From positions 416,001 through 480,000 of the forward strand of contig CAWFQB010000003.1 in the NCBI GenBank assembly GCA_963817895.1: a stretch of 64,000 nt of DNA, written 5' to 3'. Positions 1 to 9,217 of this stretch are shown piece by piece (the first letter of the stretch is position 1; each line of letters opens with the position of its first letter). The DNA comes from an uncultured Chthonomonadaceae bacterium (GTDB taxonomy: Bacteria; Armatimonadota; Chthonomonadetes; Chthonomonadales; Chthonomonadaceae). The position numbers were made by a program, and so were the translations under genes. The notes under the pieces were generated by a model. It was not told the origin of the DNA and did not search any database. It saw only the letters and a list, made by a program, of their open reading frames with translations.

Positions 1-270
1 AGGCATAGAATTACCCCACAGCCTCTCCATCGTGAAATCGCCCCGCGTGAGCAGACCATGCGCCATGCTGACGTATTCGGAACCGGCATACGTGAAAAAT
101 CCGCGCGTCAGCCCCTCGCCCCACGTATCCACGTAACCCACCGCGAACAATCGCAGCAACAGGGCCAGTCCGAACAGGAGCAGCGCGATCCGTGAACGAA
201 ACACGTCTGCGCCTTGCCCTCGGGCGTTATCGGGCCAATCGCAGCCCGTTTCAGGCAGTGGCGACGGCAT
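1..270 (-). CDS. N-terminal part of a membrane (ArnT/PMT-like, GT-C) glycosyltransferase; runs off the window
   Basis: ATG at 270 overlaps the upstream TGA. Open frame reads ...IALLLFGLALLLRLFAVGYVDTWGEGLTRGFFTYAGSEYVSMAHGLLTRG, resembling the first TM helix and loop of GT-C enzymes. Confidence 0.55.
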   Translation of the reverse strand, partial: MPSPLPETGCDWPDNARGQGADVFRSRIALLLFGLALLLRLFAVGYVDTWGEGLTRGFFTYAGSEYVSMAHGLLTRGDFTMERLWGNSMP

Positions 271-1655
271 CAGGACGCCTGCTCTTCCGGCAGGGACGCC
301 GACAATCCTTCAGGCGCGGGCGGATGCGTATAGTTGCGCAGCATGTTCGCGGACACGGCGGCAATCAACGGAATCAGAATGGACAACTGCAAGATGGCTT
401 TTACGATGGAACCGGAAAAATCGTCCCGAAAGAAGGTGGTCAGAAGAAAGCCGGAGATCATAATATACGCCACGCGATGCACCATAGATTTATCGGCGAA
501 TTTCAGCTTCTGCAATCCGTAGCCGATAAAGAACCATACGATGACAGTGCCGATCAATCCAAAATTGATGCAGAACTGCACGAAGCTATGGAAACTGCCC
601 TGCGGCGCGTAAATCCTGTAGCCCATCATTTCCGGCTTGATAATCAGCGAGGCTTTGTCGGGCAATAAAGGGCGCGGCACAAGATTGATAAACCCACTGA
701 GCAGAAAAATGGGGAAATTCAGCATTTCCAGCCGATCCGCTCTCAAAAATGCCAGCAGCGTTTGACTGGCTCCGATGGGTTCGACAAACATCATAAACAG
801 GATGCCCAGGCTGTTAACGGTACTGGCAAGGCGCACCAGTCCCAGGGTTGCCGCCGTACTCAGCGCAAGCCCCAGAGTCAGCAGGGCGGAACGAAAACGC
901 AGGCGTTGGAAATACACGGAATAGTAGATGAGAAGCATCATCAGGCTCGACAGCGCGCTCAGTCGGTGGCCTGTGGAGACGACGAGCAGGGCCGAAATGC
1001 CGTAAGCGATCATGGCGCGATTGAGGATAATTTGCCGAAATCTCAGTTTTACCACGCCGTACCGGGCGCGTAATCGCTCCTCCCATTTGATGCAGTAGAG
1101 GAAGGCGACGGCTTCCAGCAGGCCGGTTGTGGAGATGAGGACGGAACGGCGCACGTCGCCCTCGCCGCCGATGGTCGAATAGCCGTGAAACAAATCCTGC
1201 CGCGCCGAGTAGGTGGCGTAGCCCACGAGCAGGAGGCACACCAGCAGTTGCGCTTTCAGGTACACAAGCGGAAACGCGATGTTCTGGTAGACAGGCTTTG
1301 GCTTCCCCGCCTGCTGTCTACAGCTGAGTTCGGTTCCCAGGATGAACGCGCCATAGATCAGCAGGCAGAAACACAGATACAGCTCTTTGGAAGAGTTGGG
1401 AATGTTGTCAAAAAACGCGTACCAGACATTACAGGCGGGATACTCTTTGAACAGTTTCAGCAGGCCGATCAGGAACGGCAACACCCAGTAGATGAAATAC
1501 CCCAGGCTGATGGCCGTAACGTGATTGAACTCGATGCCGCGCCGTGAAATGCACTGCCGCGTGGTATAGGCGGCGAGAAGCGCGATATTGGCGAGGGTAA
1601 GCGCCCATAACAGGCTATTGTCGGAGAGTGTTGACATAATTTCACTACCGAACAC
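270..1655 (-). CDS. wzy: Probable O-antigen/polysaccharide polymerase (Wzy-like multipass membrane protein)
   Basis: 461 aa, about 10-11 hydrophobic segments, STGHRLS-type motif, late loop followed by FGLIG; located in a wzx/wza operon. Confidence 0.6.
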   Translation of the reverse strand: MFGSEIMSTLSDNSLLWALTLANIALLAAYTTRQCISRRGIEFNHVTAISLGYFIYWVLPFLIGLLKLFKEYPACNVWYAFFDNIPNSSKELYLCFCLLIYGAFILGTELSCRQQAGKPKPVYQNIAFPLVYLKAQLLVCLLLVGYATYSARQDLFHGYSTIGGEGDVRRSVLISTTGLLEAVAFLYCIKWEERLRARYGVVKLRFRQIILNRAMIAYGISALLVVSTGHRLSALSSLMMLLIYYSVYFQRLRFRSALLTLGLALSTAATLGLVRLASTVNSLGILFMMFVEPIGASQTLLAFLRADRLEMLNFPIFLLSGFINLVPRPLLPDKASLIIKPEMMGYRIYAPQGSFHSFVQFCINFGLIGTVIVWFFIGYGLQKLKFADKSMVHRVAYIMISGFLLTTFFRDDFSGSIVKAILQLSILIPLIAAVSANMLRNYTHPPAPEGLSASLPEEQAS

Positions 1656-1693
1656 ATTTTGCCAGGGATTGAAAATACCCGGAACAGTTGTGT

Positions 1694-2942
1694 TCAGGTC
1701 ACGCGCGCAGGATTTTCGGCGGCATCTTGCGCCGGACGCGCTTCGATAGAAACGGTTTCAGAAGAAACCGCTTCGCTGTGCCGCGCGGTGGAACGGGCGG
1801 CAAGGAAATGGCGCTCCACCAGCAGATAAAATCCCCATCCCGTCAGCAGGCTGGCGGGAACTCCCAACCCCAACAGGCACAGCAGCAGAACGGAAGGGGA
1901 CAGGGCAAAACGGGACAACAGCGCGTACAACCCCCATTTTACCAGAATGTGCGTCAAATACAGACTATAAGAGAACGCGCCGAGCCACAACGTCCGGGGA
2001 TGTTCCAAAACGCGCAGAATCAGCCCCGGTTTTGCCGCTTGATACCGCGCTGACGCGCAGGCCAGTATCAGGCAGGCAGCGAACGCGCCGACGAGCGGAT
2101 CCAATATCCACTGCCGCTCTTCAATCCAGAACGGGCGAAAAATAGCGATGGCAACAAACAGAGTGGCGGGCAATGCGCCAATCGCGCTCCAAAAATGGGG
2201 GCGCAATGCTGCCGTCCGCGCATCCCGCGCCGCTGTCACTGTTGCCGCGCCCATGCCCAAACTGAACAGGCCAAGATACCAGGGACAGGCCCAGTTCAGG
2301 CTGAACGCGGGCGGCATCACGAAATGCGGCAGCCAGCCCAGCCCGAACCCGGCAACCAGAACCGCGCCCATTCCCCACTTGCGCCACAGGGGAAGCAGAA
2401 GCAGGGGAAACAGGAAATAGATGTCCCATTCCGTAGCGACGCTCCACAGCGGAACGTTGATCGTCTCGTACCAGTCGAAGCGCAGGTTGTGAACAAGCAG
2501 CAGGTGCGACCCGACCGTTTCCCAATTCACCTCCCGCCATTGCCCGCGCGCCGGCAAGACAAAGCAGGGACAGCAGCAGCGCGGCGTAATAGGGCGGCAA
2601 AATGCGTCCCGCGCGGCGTTTTAAATAACTCGCGAACCCTCCGCGCAATCGTCTGTCCTGTGACCGGACAACGGGCAGCATCAGGCTGTAACCGGACAGC
2701 ACGATAAACAAGGCAACGGCGTAGTGTCCGTACCGCGTGACGGCGATGATGCTGCGCAGGGGCAGGGGCAGCGATACCCGCGCGCCCGACGCATCCACCA
2801 GAAACCGCGACGCGGTCAGGTGAAACAACACGACATACAGCGCGGCCAGCCCGCGCAGACCATCCAGAAATTCCAGCCGTATCGGGCGCGAAGCAGAACC
2901 ATTGTCGCGTAAGTTCGGGTTATCCTGCGCGGGATGCGGCAA
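1694..2942 (-). CDS. Acyltransferase-3 family (OafA-like) polysaccharide O-acyltransferase, frameshifted near 2555
   Basis: LDGLRGLAALYVVLFH, FIVLSGY and RRAGRILPPYY in ORF 2121-2942; PLWSVATEWDIY and LGAFSYSLYLTH in ORF 1694-2557. Confidence 0.88.
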
Positions 2943-2954
2943 AAGCGGTATTCC

Positions 2955-3929
2955 TTAAACAAGCGTGGCGCGACGCGCCCGACTGTTGTGCCGAACGCGC
3001 AGCCACAGCGTCTGCGGCAGAGCCATGATGTTCCATGCCATCGCGCCGAAAAAGACAAGATAGTTGGCGCAAAAATTGCCCGTGTTCAGGCGTTGGCGCA
3101 ACCGGGTTTTCGCCTCGTCGCGCTGAAGCGGAAACGGATTGTACGCCACATCCCATATCAGGAGGGGGCGCAGCAGGGCGCGGGTCAAATCTTCGTTTTT
3201 AATGGAATAGCGTACCACATTGCGCAGGTACAAATAGGCGAATTTCAACGGCATACGCCCGAAACTGCCGCCCCCGGCATGGTATAGCGGAATGTTGATT
3301 GCTTTCAGCGCGTACCCGGCGCGAACCGCCCGCGCTTCCAGATCAGTCTCCTCGAAATAGGCGAAATACGTTTCATCGAACAATCCGACATCGCGAAGCA
3401 GGCGGCTTTTTATCAGCAGCGCGCAGCCAAGCAGGGTTTTGGCGTCCGCAGATTCAAGCGCGGGCGGAGAAGCCTTACCGGTGTCTTCGGTAAGATCGAA
3501 ACCGACCATGCCGATAGCAGGCGATTGTTCCGCCACATTCACGGCGCAGGCCAGCCAGTCCGGGTTCAGAATAATCGTGTCGTCGTTCAGTAACAGCACG
3601 TAATCCGCGCCCTCCTGTAACGCCCGTTCCATGACCCGATTATTTCCCCGCGCAAAACCGTCATTGACGGGATTTTGCGCCACTTCAATCATTGGAAACT
3701 CCGCCCGCGCATATTCCGCAGAGCCGTCCGTAGAAGCGTTGTCCAGCAACGTGATGTGGAAATTGGCATACGTGGTTTGCAGCAGGGACGGCAGGCATTT
3801 TTCCAGATGGTGTTTGCCGTTGCAGGTGATAACGATGATATGTGCCAGCGGCATCGCCGTCCTGTCACTTCTATCAGTCGTATCAGCCATGCTATTTGCC
3901 GCCGGGTTGTTTGTCATGTTGGTGGTCAT
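2955..3929 (-). CDS. Glycosyltransferase family 2 (start uncertain)
   Basis: LDNASTDGS, NDGFARGNN, LLNDDT, GLFDETYFAYFEETDL motifs. Confidence 0.9.
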   Translation of the reverse strand: MTTNMTNNPAANSMADTTDRSDRTAMPLAHIIVITCNGKHHLEKCLPSLLQTTYANFHITLLDNASTDGSAEYARAEFPMIEVAQNPVNDGFARGNNRVMERALQEGADYVLLLNDDTIILNPDWLACAVNVAEQSPAIGMVGFDLTEDTGKASPPALESADAKTLLGCALLIKSRLLRDVGLFDETYFAYFEETDLEARAVRAGYALKAINIPLYHAGGGSFGRMPLKFAYLYLRNVVRYSIKNEDLTRALLRPLLIWDVAYNPFPLQRDEAKTRLRQRLNTGNFCANYLVFFGAMAWNIMALPQTLWLRVRHNSRARRATLV

Positions 3930-4102
3930 GGTGAGCAACGCAGTATTACCGCAGCAGTGTATGCCTTCAGTATACATCAAACGAGCGATTTGCCCTGCCA
4001 TAGCAGGGGGCATTTGTCGTTTCGAAATTGCGCTACACGCGCGAACTATACGCAAAGCAGGAGATTGCTTATGCTATGCGCGGAGTTTTTCCGTAATTCC
4101 AG

Positions 4103-4129
4103 TTGACAATGTGGAAGCTTCTGATATAA
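4103..4129 (+). promoter_or_regulatory. Consensus sigma70 promoter split by the IS
   Basis: TTGACA at 4103-4108, 16-bp spacer, TATAA at 4125-4129. Removing the IS restores TGnTATAAT. Confidence 0.65.
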
Positions 4130-5271
4130 CTCACCTTACGCAGGCGCACTCATGCCTTTGAGCAGTTGTAGTTCGCGGTAGGCGCTGGCAAGGGCCGCTT
4201 TGTAGAGCCTGCCTTTCATCGCAAAATGGTTCAAGCGCGTCTGCAAACGCAGACTTTCCAACTTCACATACGCCCATAAACAGGCGAAGATATGGTTGCT
4301 CTGGGTCCGAATAGTTTTGGTCGGCGACTTGGCGAAACTCGCATTGCTCTTGACCGATTTGTGATACTCTTCCACTTTCCACCGTTTTTGGTAGATCGTC
4401 TGGATGTCGCAACCGCTTAACGTCGTGTCACTCGTCACGAGATAGAGAACGCCCTGGCTGCCGTCCTTGTTTGTAAAGACCTGCTTACACAGCAGAAGGG
4501 GGAAGTTTACCCCCTCCAGCCAGATGTTCAATACGGCGTCCGCTTCGCAGCAAAGCGAGGATACGGGCATATAGCGGCCTGCCAACTTGTCTTCCTGGGA
4601 CAAAGCCACCTTGCGGTTGGCCTTAATCGGGAAGATAAAGTCGGTTTTGCCTTCGTTTTTGAGGTGCATCATCGTTTCTGCCGCGCTGAACCAAGCGTCG
4701 GCCAGGACATAGCGAAAAGGCAATTGGTTCTTCTGACATTGCGCCACCATCTCGCGCAGGTATTCGTTCTTGGTCTTGGGACACACTCGCTTGGGTTTGC
4801 CCGTCTTCTTATGCGTTTCCCAAGCCGACTTTTGGATCAACTCGAAGGCAACGGGCAGAGCGGCAGTGGGCGCGCGATACAAACAGGTCAGAATGTTGAT
4901 GCCCTTCACGTTGCGGTTGAAGCAATGATCCCAATGCCAGCAAATGAGTTCGCTTTCATCCGTATAGAGTTTTTCTTCGATGCTGTCATCGAAGACCAGA
5001 ACTGCGTCTTCACATTGTACCTGCCGTACCAAGGGTTTGACCAGATGCCACAGGTCCGAAGAAGTGAAGTCACGTCCTGACAAGAACCGCGTGATCTTGT
5101 CGTGGCTAATCGCGCCGTCGAGCAGGGTGGAAAGGCCCGTCGCGGTAGTCAGGCCGAACGAACAAAGGAGATAGTCTGAGTAAAGGTCCAGAAGTTGTTT
5201 GTCCATGACACTATTCTACCGTCAACAACAGCAAATCTGTGACTACAAACTGCTCGCCTGCGTAAGGTGAG
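4130..5271 (-). mobile_element. IS701-like insertion sequence, 1142 bp
   Basis: Perfect 17-bp terminal IRs CTCACCTTACGCAGGCG (4130-4146 / 5255-5271); 8-bp target duplication TGATATAA (4122-4129 / 5272-5279). Confidence 0.92.
4136..5206 (-). CDS. DDE transposase (IS701-like, IS4 superfamily)
   Basis: LVFDDS, VLADAWF and YQKRWKVEEYHKSVK (Y-2-R-3-E-6-K signature). Confidence 0.93.
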   Translation of the reverse strand: MDKQLLDLYSDYLLCSFGLTTATGLSTLLDGAISHDKITRFLSGRDFTSSDLWHLVKPLVRQVQCEDAVLVFDDSIEEKLYTDESELICWHWDHCFNRNVKGINILTCLYRAPTAALPVAFELIQKSAWETHKKTGKPKRVCPKTKNEYLREMVAQCQKNQLPFRYVLADAWFSAAETMMHLKNEGKTDFIFPIKANRKVALSQEDKLAGRYMPVSSLCCEADAVLNIWLEGVNFPLLLCKQVFTNKDGSQGVLYLVTSDTTLSGCDIQTIYQKRWKVEEYHKSVKSNASFAKSPTKTIRTQSNHIFACLWAYVKLESLRLQTRLNHFAMKGRLYKAALASAYRELQLLKGMSAPA

Positions 5272-5315
5272 TGATATAATAGTGTTATCAACGATTTTCA
5301 CAGGAGGGTAGAGTC

Positions 5316-5666
5316 ATGTCTACGCAAGAGTTTGCCCCAAAAGTTTTACGGAAACCGAAAAAGTCTCATGCCTCCTTTCATGTTGAGCAATGGAAGAAAT
5401 CTGTTTCTGCAAGTCAAGACGTTACTGCCTCTGCTGCGTCAGCGGTTTTTATAGACCAGTATCCTCATGCTTCTCTGGCGGGCAAATACGATGATGAGCC
5501 GCTTTGGGATGACTACATAGCTGCCATACAAGAATATCGCCAGGAGTTGAACGAAAAAGAAAGTACAACGGAGCAAACACGTAATGTGCAACACTTTCAA
5601 TCTATTCCTGACGTGAAGTTTGAAGATTGGACGCAAAAGAACATAGTTCTCAGACGAACTCATTAG
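5316..5666 (+). pseudogene. Antitoxin-like protein fused to the C-terminal remnant of a PIN/VapC toxin
   Basis: RBS AGGAGG. LAGKYDDEPLWDDYIAAIQEYRQ resembles antitoxin tails; TRNVQHFQSIPDVKFEDW (from 5577) resembles the VapC C-terminal motif. Confidence 0.6.
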
Positions 5667-5712
5667 ACCAGAAACCATAATATCCTGCGTCGCGCAAAAA
5701 CCCGCTAATTAC

Positions 5713-8118
5713 TTAACGGGTTTTTGTGCTATTGCGGACGCGGTAGATATTCAGATGAAGCTGCCGCAAAGTCGCCTGCTGTTGCAGCAGATAGCCTGCG
5801 TCGGGATGTATATCGGGCGCGTTAGCGGGATTGCGGTCCAGTTCCCGCTCCGCCCTGCGCATGGCTGCATAGTGGCGTTGCAGGCGCGGCATACTGGCAA
5901 GCGAGAAAAAGGCCAGCGCGATTGCAGCGGCAAGGAACAGTCGCTTGACGGGCGCGGAAAGGGTGAATTGTTCCGGCGCGTTATTGTCAGGCGTGACGGG
6001 AATCGGGCGGGCTTTCGACGCGCCATTTTCATCCTGTAGGGCAACATCGGCAGGGATATGGGAGTTTGCGTTCTGTGGCTCAATCGCGAGCAGCGCCAGC
6101 GCCAGCAGTCCCACCCAGAAAAGCTGTGAAATGGTTGTATAGCGCGAGGAGGTGGCCTGAACCACTCCGATGCTGAGTCGGCCCGCCGCGCTCACCAGCG
6201 CGCTGAGACACGCATACAGAACCATCGCGGCGTAGGGCAACAGCGTTTCCCGATCTGAGGCCGCTGCGCCCGACAGCGCCGCCGCGACCCACCACAACGC
6301 CCCTAATCCGAACAAACCCGCCGGGGTTGCGGCGGCATACAGGCTCCAGTACGGCCGCGCTTCCAGATTGCCGATGCTGAACAGGCTGCCCAGGTAGCTA
6401 ACGACATAAATGCCGAACGCGAGGGGATGGCGCAGTCCGTAGGCCAGGGACGCGCGCATGATCGGGTTATCCTCGAATTGATAGCGATAGGAGGCGATGA
6501 CCGCGCTTGCCACAACGAGCCATGCGGCCAGATACAACAGCCTGCGCCCATCACGCGGCACGCACAAAATCGCAGCCCCGCCCACCACCCAGAACAGCAT
6601 GCCGTTGGCGAAAGAGTATGTGGCGACAACGCCACAGGCCATTGCCCCCGTCAGCCGCATCCAGGAAAAAGGGCGTCCCGTTAAGGCGATAATGCCGCCA
6701 ACAACGGCGAGTACGTTTAGAAATATCTGTAACTGCCAGCCCCATTCCCAATTCTCGAACTGCCGAAACGAAAACGCGATCAGCGCGAAAAGCGGCGGAA
6801 GCCGGCGGAAAGCAGACACGCCCGCAATTCGCGCGGTTTGCCGCGCCTGATACGCGAACGCGGCGTAGATGCCCGCGCCGAGCAGCAGGTTTACCGCCAG
6901 TTCCCACCGCAAATCCCAGCCGCTCAACCGCGCGCAGGCCAGCATAATCAGACGCGGAAAGACCAGCCGATGCTCATTGTGCTGCGCCCATAAATCCGCG
7001 AACGCCAACCGGTGACGATACATCTTGTCGAGCAGGGGAACCAGCGCCCACTGATCCAGAATGGGAATGGCGACCGCGTAGCGGAAAACGCACAGCGCCA
7101 GCAGCGCGAAATTCAGCAGCGGAAAATGCCGCCAGAGCCACCACGCCCCTCTTGAGAACGCAGTCGGGGGCGGGTTCGCCTGCGTGTCCGCGTCGGGACT
7201 GACGAGAGAGTGTGTCATGCGTTCGGCCCCGTCCCGCCTGAGAAACAATCCGTGCCGGATGCCCCGCGCGACTGCTGCGGCTTTGCGCGTTCGCTGCGAT
7301 TCGAACAAAATGAGTTTCACCCAACCGCGTATCAAATCGTTGACCGTTCTGCCGAGCCAGCGCGGTTCCTGGCGAAGATACCGGCGCAGGAGATAAATAT
7401 GGTTGCGCGTCCTGTAGTACCAGCGCAGGGGCGAGTAGTTGAACGTCCACACCTGTCGGCCCAACATGCGGCGGGGCGTCAATTGTCCGACCGAATGTAC
7501 CATCAGGGGCGCGTCCGTGACAACGATGTGAAAGCCTTTCGCGCGGGCGCGGAGGCAGTATTCCGTATCTACGTGGTCAATGAACAGCGCGTCCATAAAC
7601 GGCCCGATCCGCGCATACGCTTCCAGTGACATCAGGCTGCCGGATGTAATCGCCATCACCACTTCGCGCCAGCCATCCCCGCCCCCATACGTCAAATCGG
7701 AAGCTGGATAGCCGCTCAGGTTCTGCCCCGCGTGGGTATAATTCGCGCCCACAATAGCAAGAACCGCTTTATCCGGGCAAGCGTCATAAACCTGTATTAA
7801 ACTCGCCGTGAAGCCGTCCGAAATTTGAGAGTCCTGATCGAATGTCAAGACCCACGCAAACCCCTGTGATTGCGCCCAGGCAATGCCCTGATTCAGCGCG
7901 GTCGCGATTCCCCTGTTGTCCTCATTGAGAATACAGTGATAGGCGCAGGGCAGGGACAGGGCGCAAATCCGTTCCCGCGCTTCCGGTTCCGAGCCGTTAT
8001 CCACAATTACCACACTGCTTACTTGTTCGGCTATCGCTTCGACGCGCTCTGCCAGACAATCGTCAGGATGGTAGGTGACGATGACCGCGCAGATATTGGT
8101 CGGCTGCGGGTGGATCAT
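5713..8118 (-). CDS. GT2 rhamnosyltransferase-like domain fused to a multipass membrane (GT-C-like) domain
   Basis: N-terminus VDNGS, NRGIATALNQG, FDQDS, ITSGSL, LFIDHVDTEYCLR; C-terminus DQW...LWAQHNEHRLVFPRL plus many TM segments. Confidence 0.8.
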   Translation of the reverse strand: MIHPQPTNICAVIVTYHPDDCLAERVEAIAEQVSSVVIVDNGSEPEARERICALSLPCAYHCILNEDNRGIATALNQGIAWAQSQGFAWVLTFDQDSQISDGFTASLIQVYDACPDKAVLAIVGANYTHAGQNLSGYPASDLTYGGGDGWREVVMAITSGSLMSLEAYARIGPFMDALFIDHVDTEYCLRARAKGFHIVVTDAPLMVHSVGQLTPRRMLGRQVWTFNYSPLRWYYRTRNHIYLLRRYLRQEPRWLGRTVNDLIRGWVKLILFESQRTRKAAAVARGIRHGLFLRRDGAERMTHSLVSPDADTQANPPPTAFSRGAWWLWRHFPLLNFALLALCVFRYAVAIPILDQWALVPLLDKMYRHRLAFADLWAQHNEHRLVFPRLIMLACARLSGWDLRWELAVNLLLGAGIYAAFAYQARQTARIAGVSAFRRLPPLFALIAFSFRQFENWEWGWQLQIFLNVLAVVGGIIALTGRPFSWMRLTGAMACGVVATYSFANGMLFWVVGGAAILCVPRDGRRLLYLAAWLVVASAVIASYRYQFEDNPIMRASLAYGLRHPLAFGIYVVSYLGSLFSIGNLEARPYWSLYAAATPAGLFGLGALWWVAAALSGAAASDRETLLPYAAMVLYACLSALVSAAGRLSIGVVQATSSRYTTISQLFWVGLLALALLAIEPQNANSHIPADVALQDENGASKARPIPVTPDNNAPEQFTLSAPVKRLFLAAAIALAFFSLASMPRLQRHYAAMRRAERELDRNPANAPDIHPDAGYLLQQQATLRQLHLNIYRVRNSTKTR

Positions 8119-8128
8119 AATTAAAATA

Positions 8129-8177
8129 CCTCACCCCAACCCCTCTCCTGGCCGCTCGTTCCTCGCCAGGAGAGGGG
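8129..8177. repeat. REP-like palindrome (CCTCACCCCAACCCCTCTCC...GGAGAGGGG type)
   Basis: 13-bp perfect stem 8140-8152 / 8165-8177; related inverted copy at 27023-27066. Confidence 0.65.
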
Positions 8178-9162
8178 CTTTTTCATGCTCTAAGGCGCGA
8201 TAGGGCTGCAAGGGCTGAATACGGACATTGCGCCGCATCAGGGGAATACGAATTCGCAGAAAGCGCAGGGCTTCCACAGGGTAGGCGAGGGGCGAGACGC
8301 GCGTGTTTCTTGCGGCCTGAAAATACTGCTTCGCCGCTTCAGGATGCCCATGCCGCCAGAACGACTGCGCCAGAAACAGCGAGTACACGGCTGTTTGTCC
8401 GAGTATCTGTTTGTACATGCGGCGAGAGGCAATCGAGTCGCGCCACTCCCGCGCCAGTCCCGCCCACTCCCGCGTGATCGTGCCGTTTTTAATCATCTGC
8501 TGCGTGGTTCCCGCCGCGTGGTCGAGTACCTCGCTCCCCGCATGGTCGGTGACGGCCAGATCGCCCTGCTGCGCCAGCCGCAGAAAGTAGGCCACATCGC
8601 CAATCTGCTTCAAACCCGTATCGAAATGGCCCGCCTGCTGAACGGCGGCGCGCCGCATCAGCACGCCGGAGGGATAGCCGAAAAGGGTATGCCCGTAGTG
8701 CGACAAAACCCACAGCGCGGCGGGTATCACGTCCCGGCCCCGATACAAACCGGGCGCAAGGTGTTCCCCGAACATGCCCGTCCGTTCGCCCGCCTCGTTG
8801 ACGATATAAATGCGCGTGGAAAGCAGGGCGGCTTCGGGATGCGCCTCCATAATCGCGGTTTCATGCCGCAAGCAGCCGGGAATCAGGCGGTCGTCGTCGC
8901 AAAGGATGCGAATATATTTGCCCCGCGCCAGATCAAGACAGCGATTCATATTACCGAACAGCCCCATATTGATGTCGTTGCGAACCGCGCGCAGCCGGGG
9001 ATCGGCGTAACCCTGTATCACGTCCCACGCGCCATCGGTAGAGCAATCGTCCACCACCAGAACTTCCAGATCGTCTATGTCCTGTCGCAGCGCGGAGTCA
9101 ATGGCCGCGCGGATAATGTGGGCGCGATTATAAACCGGAATGGCGACGGTGCAAAGGGGCAT
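8131..9162 (-). CDS. Glycosyltransferase family 2
   Basis: VAIPVYNR, VVDDCSTDG, NMGLFGNMNRC, ILCDDD. Confidence 0.92.
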   Translation of the reverse strand: MPLCTVAIPVYNRAHIIRAAIDSALRQDIDDLEVLVVDDCSTDGAWDVIQGYADPRLRAVRNDINMGLFGNMNRCLDLARGKYIRILCDDDRLIPGCLRHETAIMEAHPEAALLSTRIYIVNEAGERTGMFGEHLAPGLYRGRDVIPAALWVLSHYGHTLFGYPSGVLMRRAAVQQAGHFDTGLKQIGDVAYFLRLAQQGDLAVTDHAGSEVLDHAAGTTQQMIKNGTITREWAGLAREWRDSIASRRMYKQILGQTAVYSLFLAQSFWRHGHPEAAKQYFQAARNTRVSPLAYPVEALRFLRIRIPLMRRNVRIQPLQPYRALEHEKAPLLARNERPGEGLG

Positions 9163-9201
9163 TTGGGTATTCGGTGTTCGGTGTTCGGCGTTTGGTATTG
9201 G
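9163..9201. repeat. GGTGTTC heptamer tandem repeat (single arm)
   Basis: ggtattc-ggtgttc-ggtgttc-ggcgttt; same unit at 54513-54548 and 59290-59399. Confidence 0.7.
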
Positions 9202-9217
9202 GTTGGTTATTGTTGTG

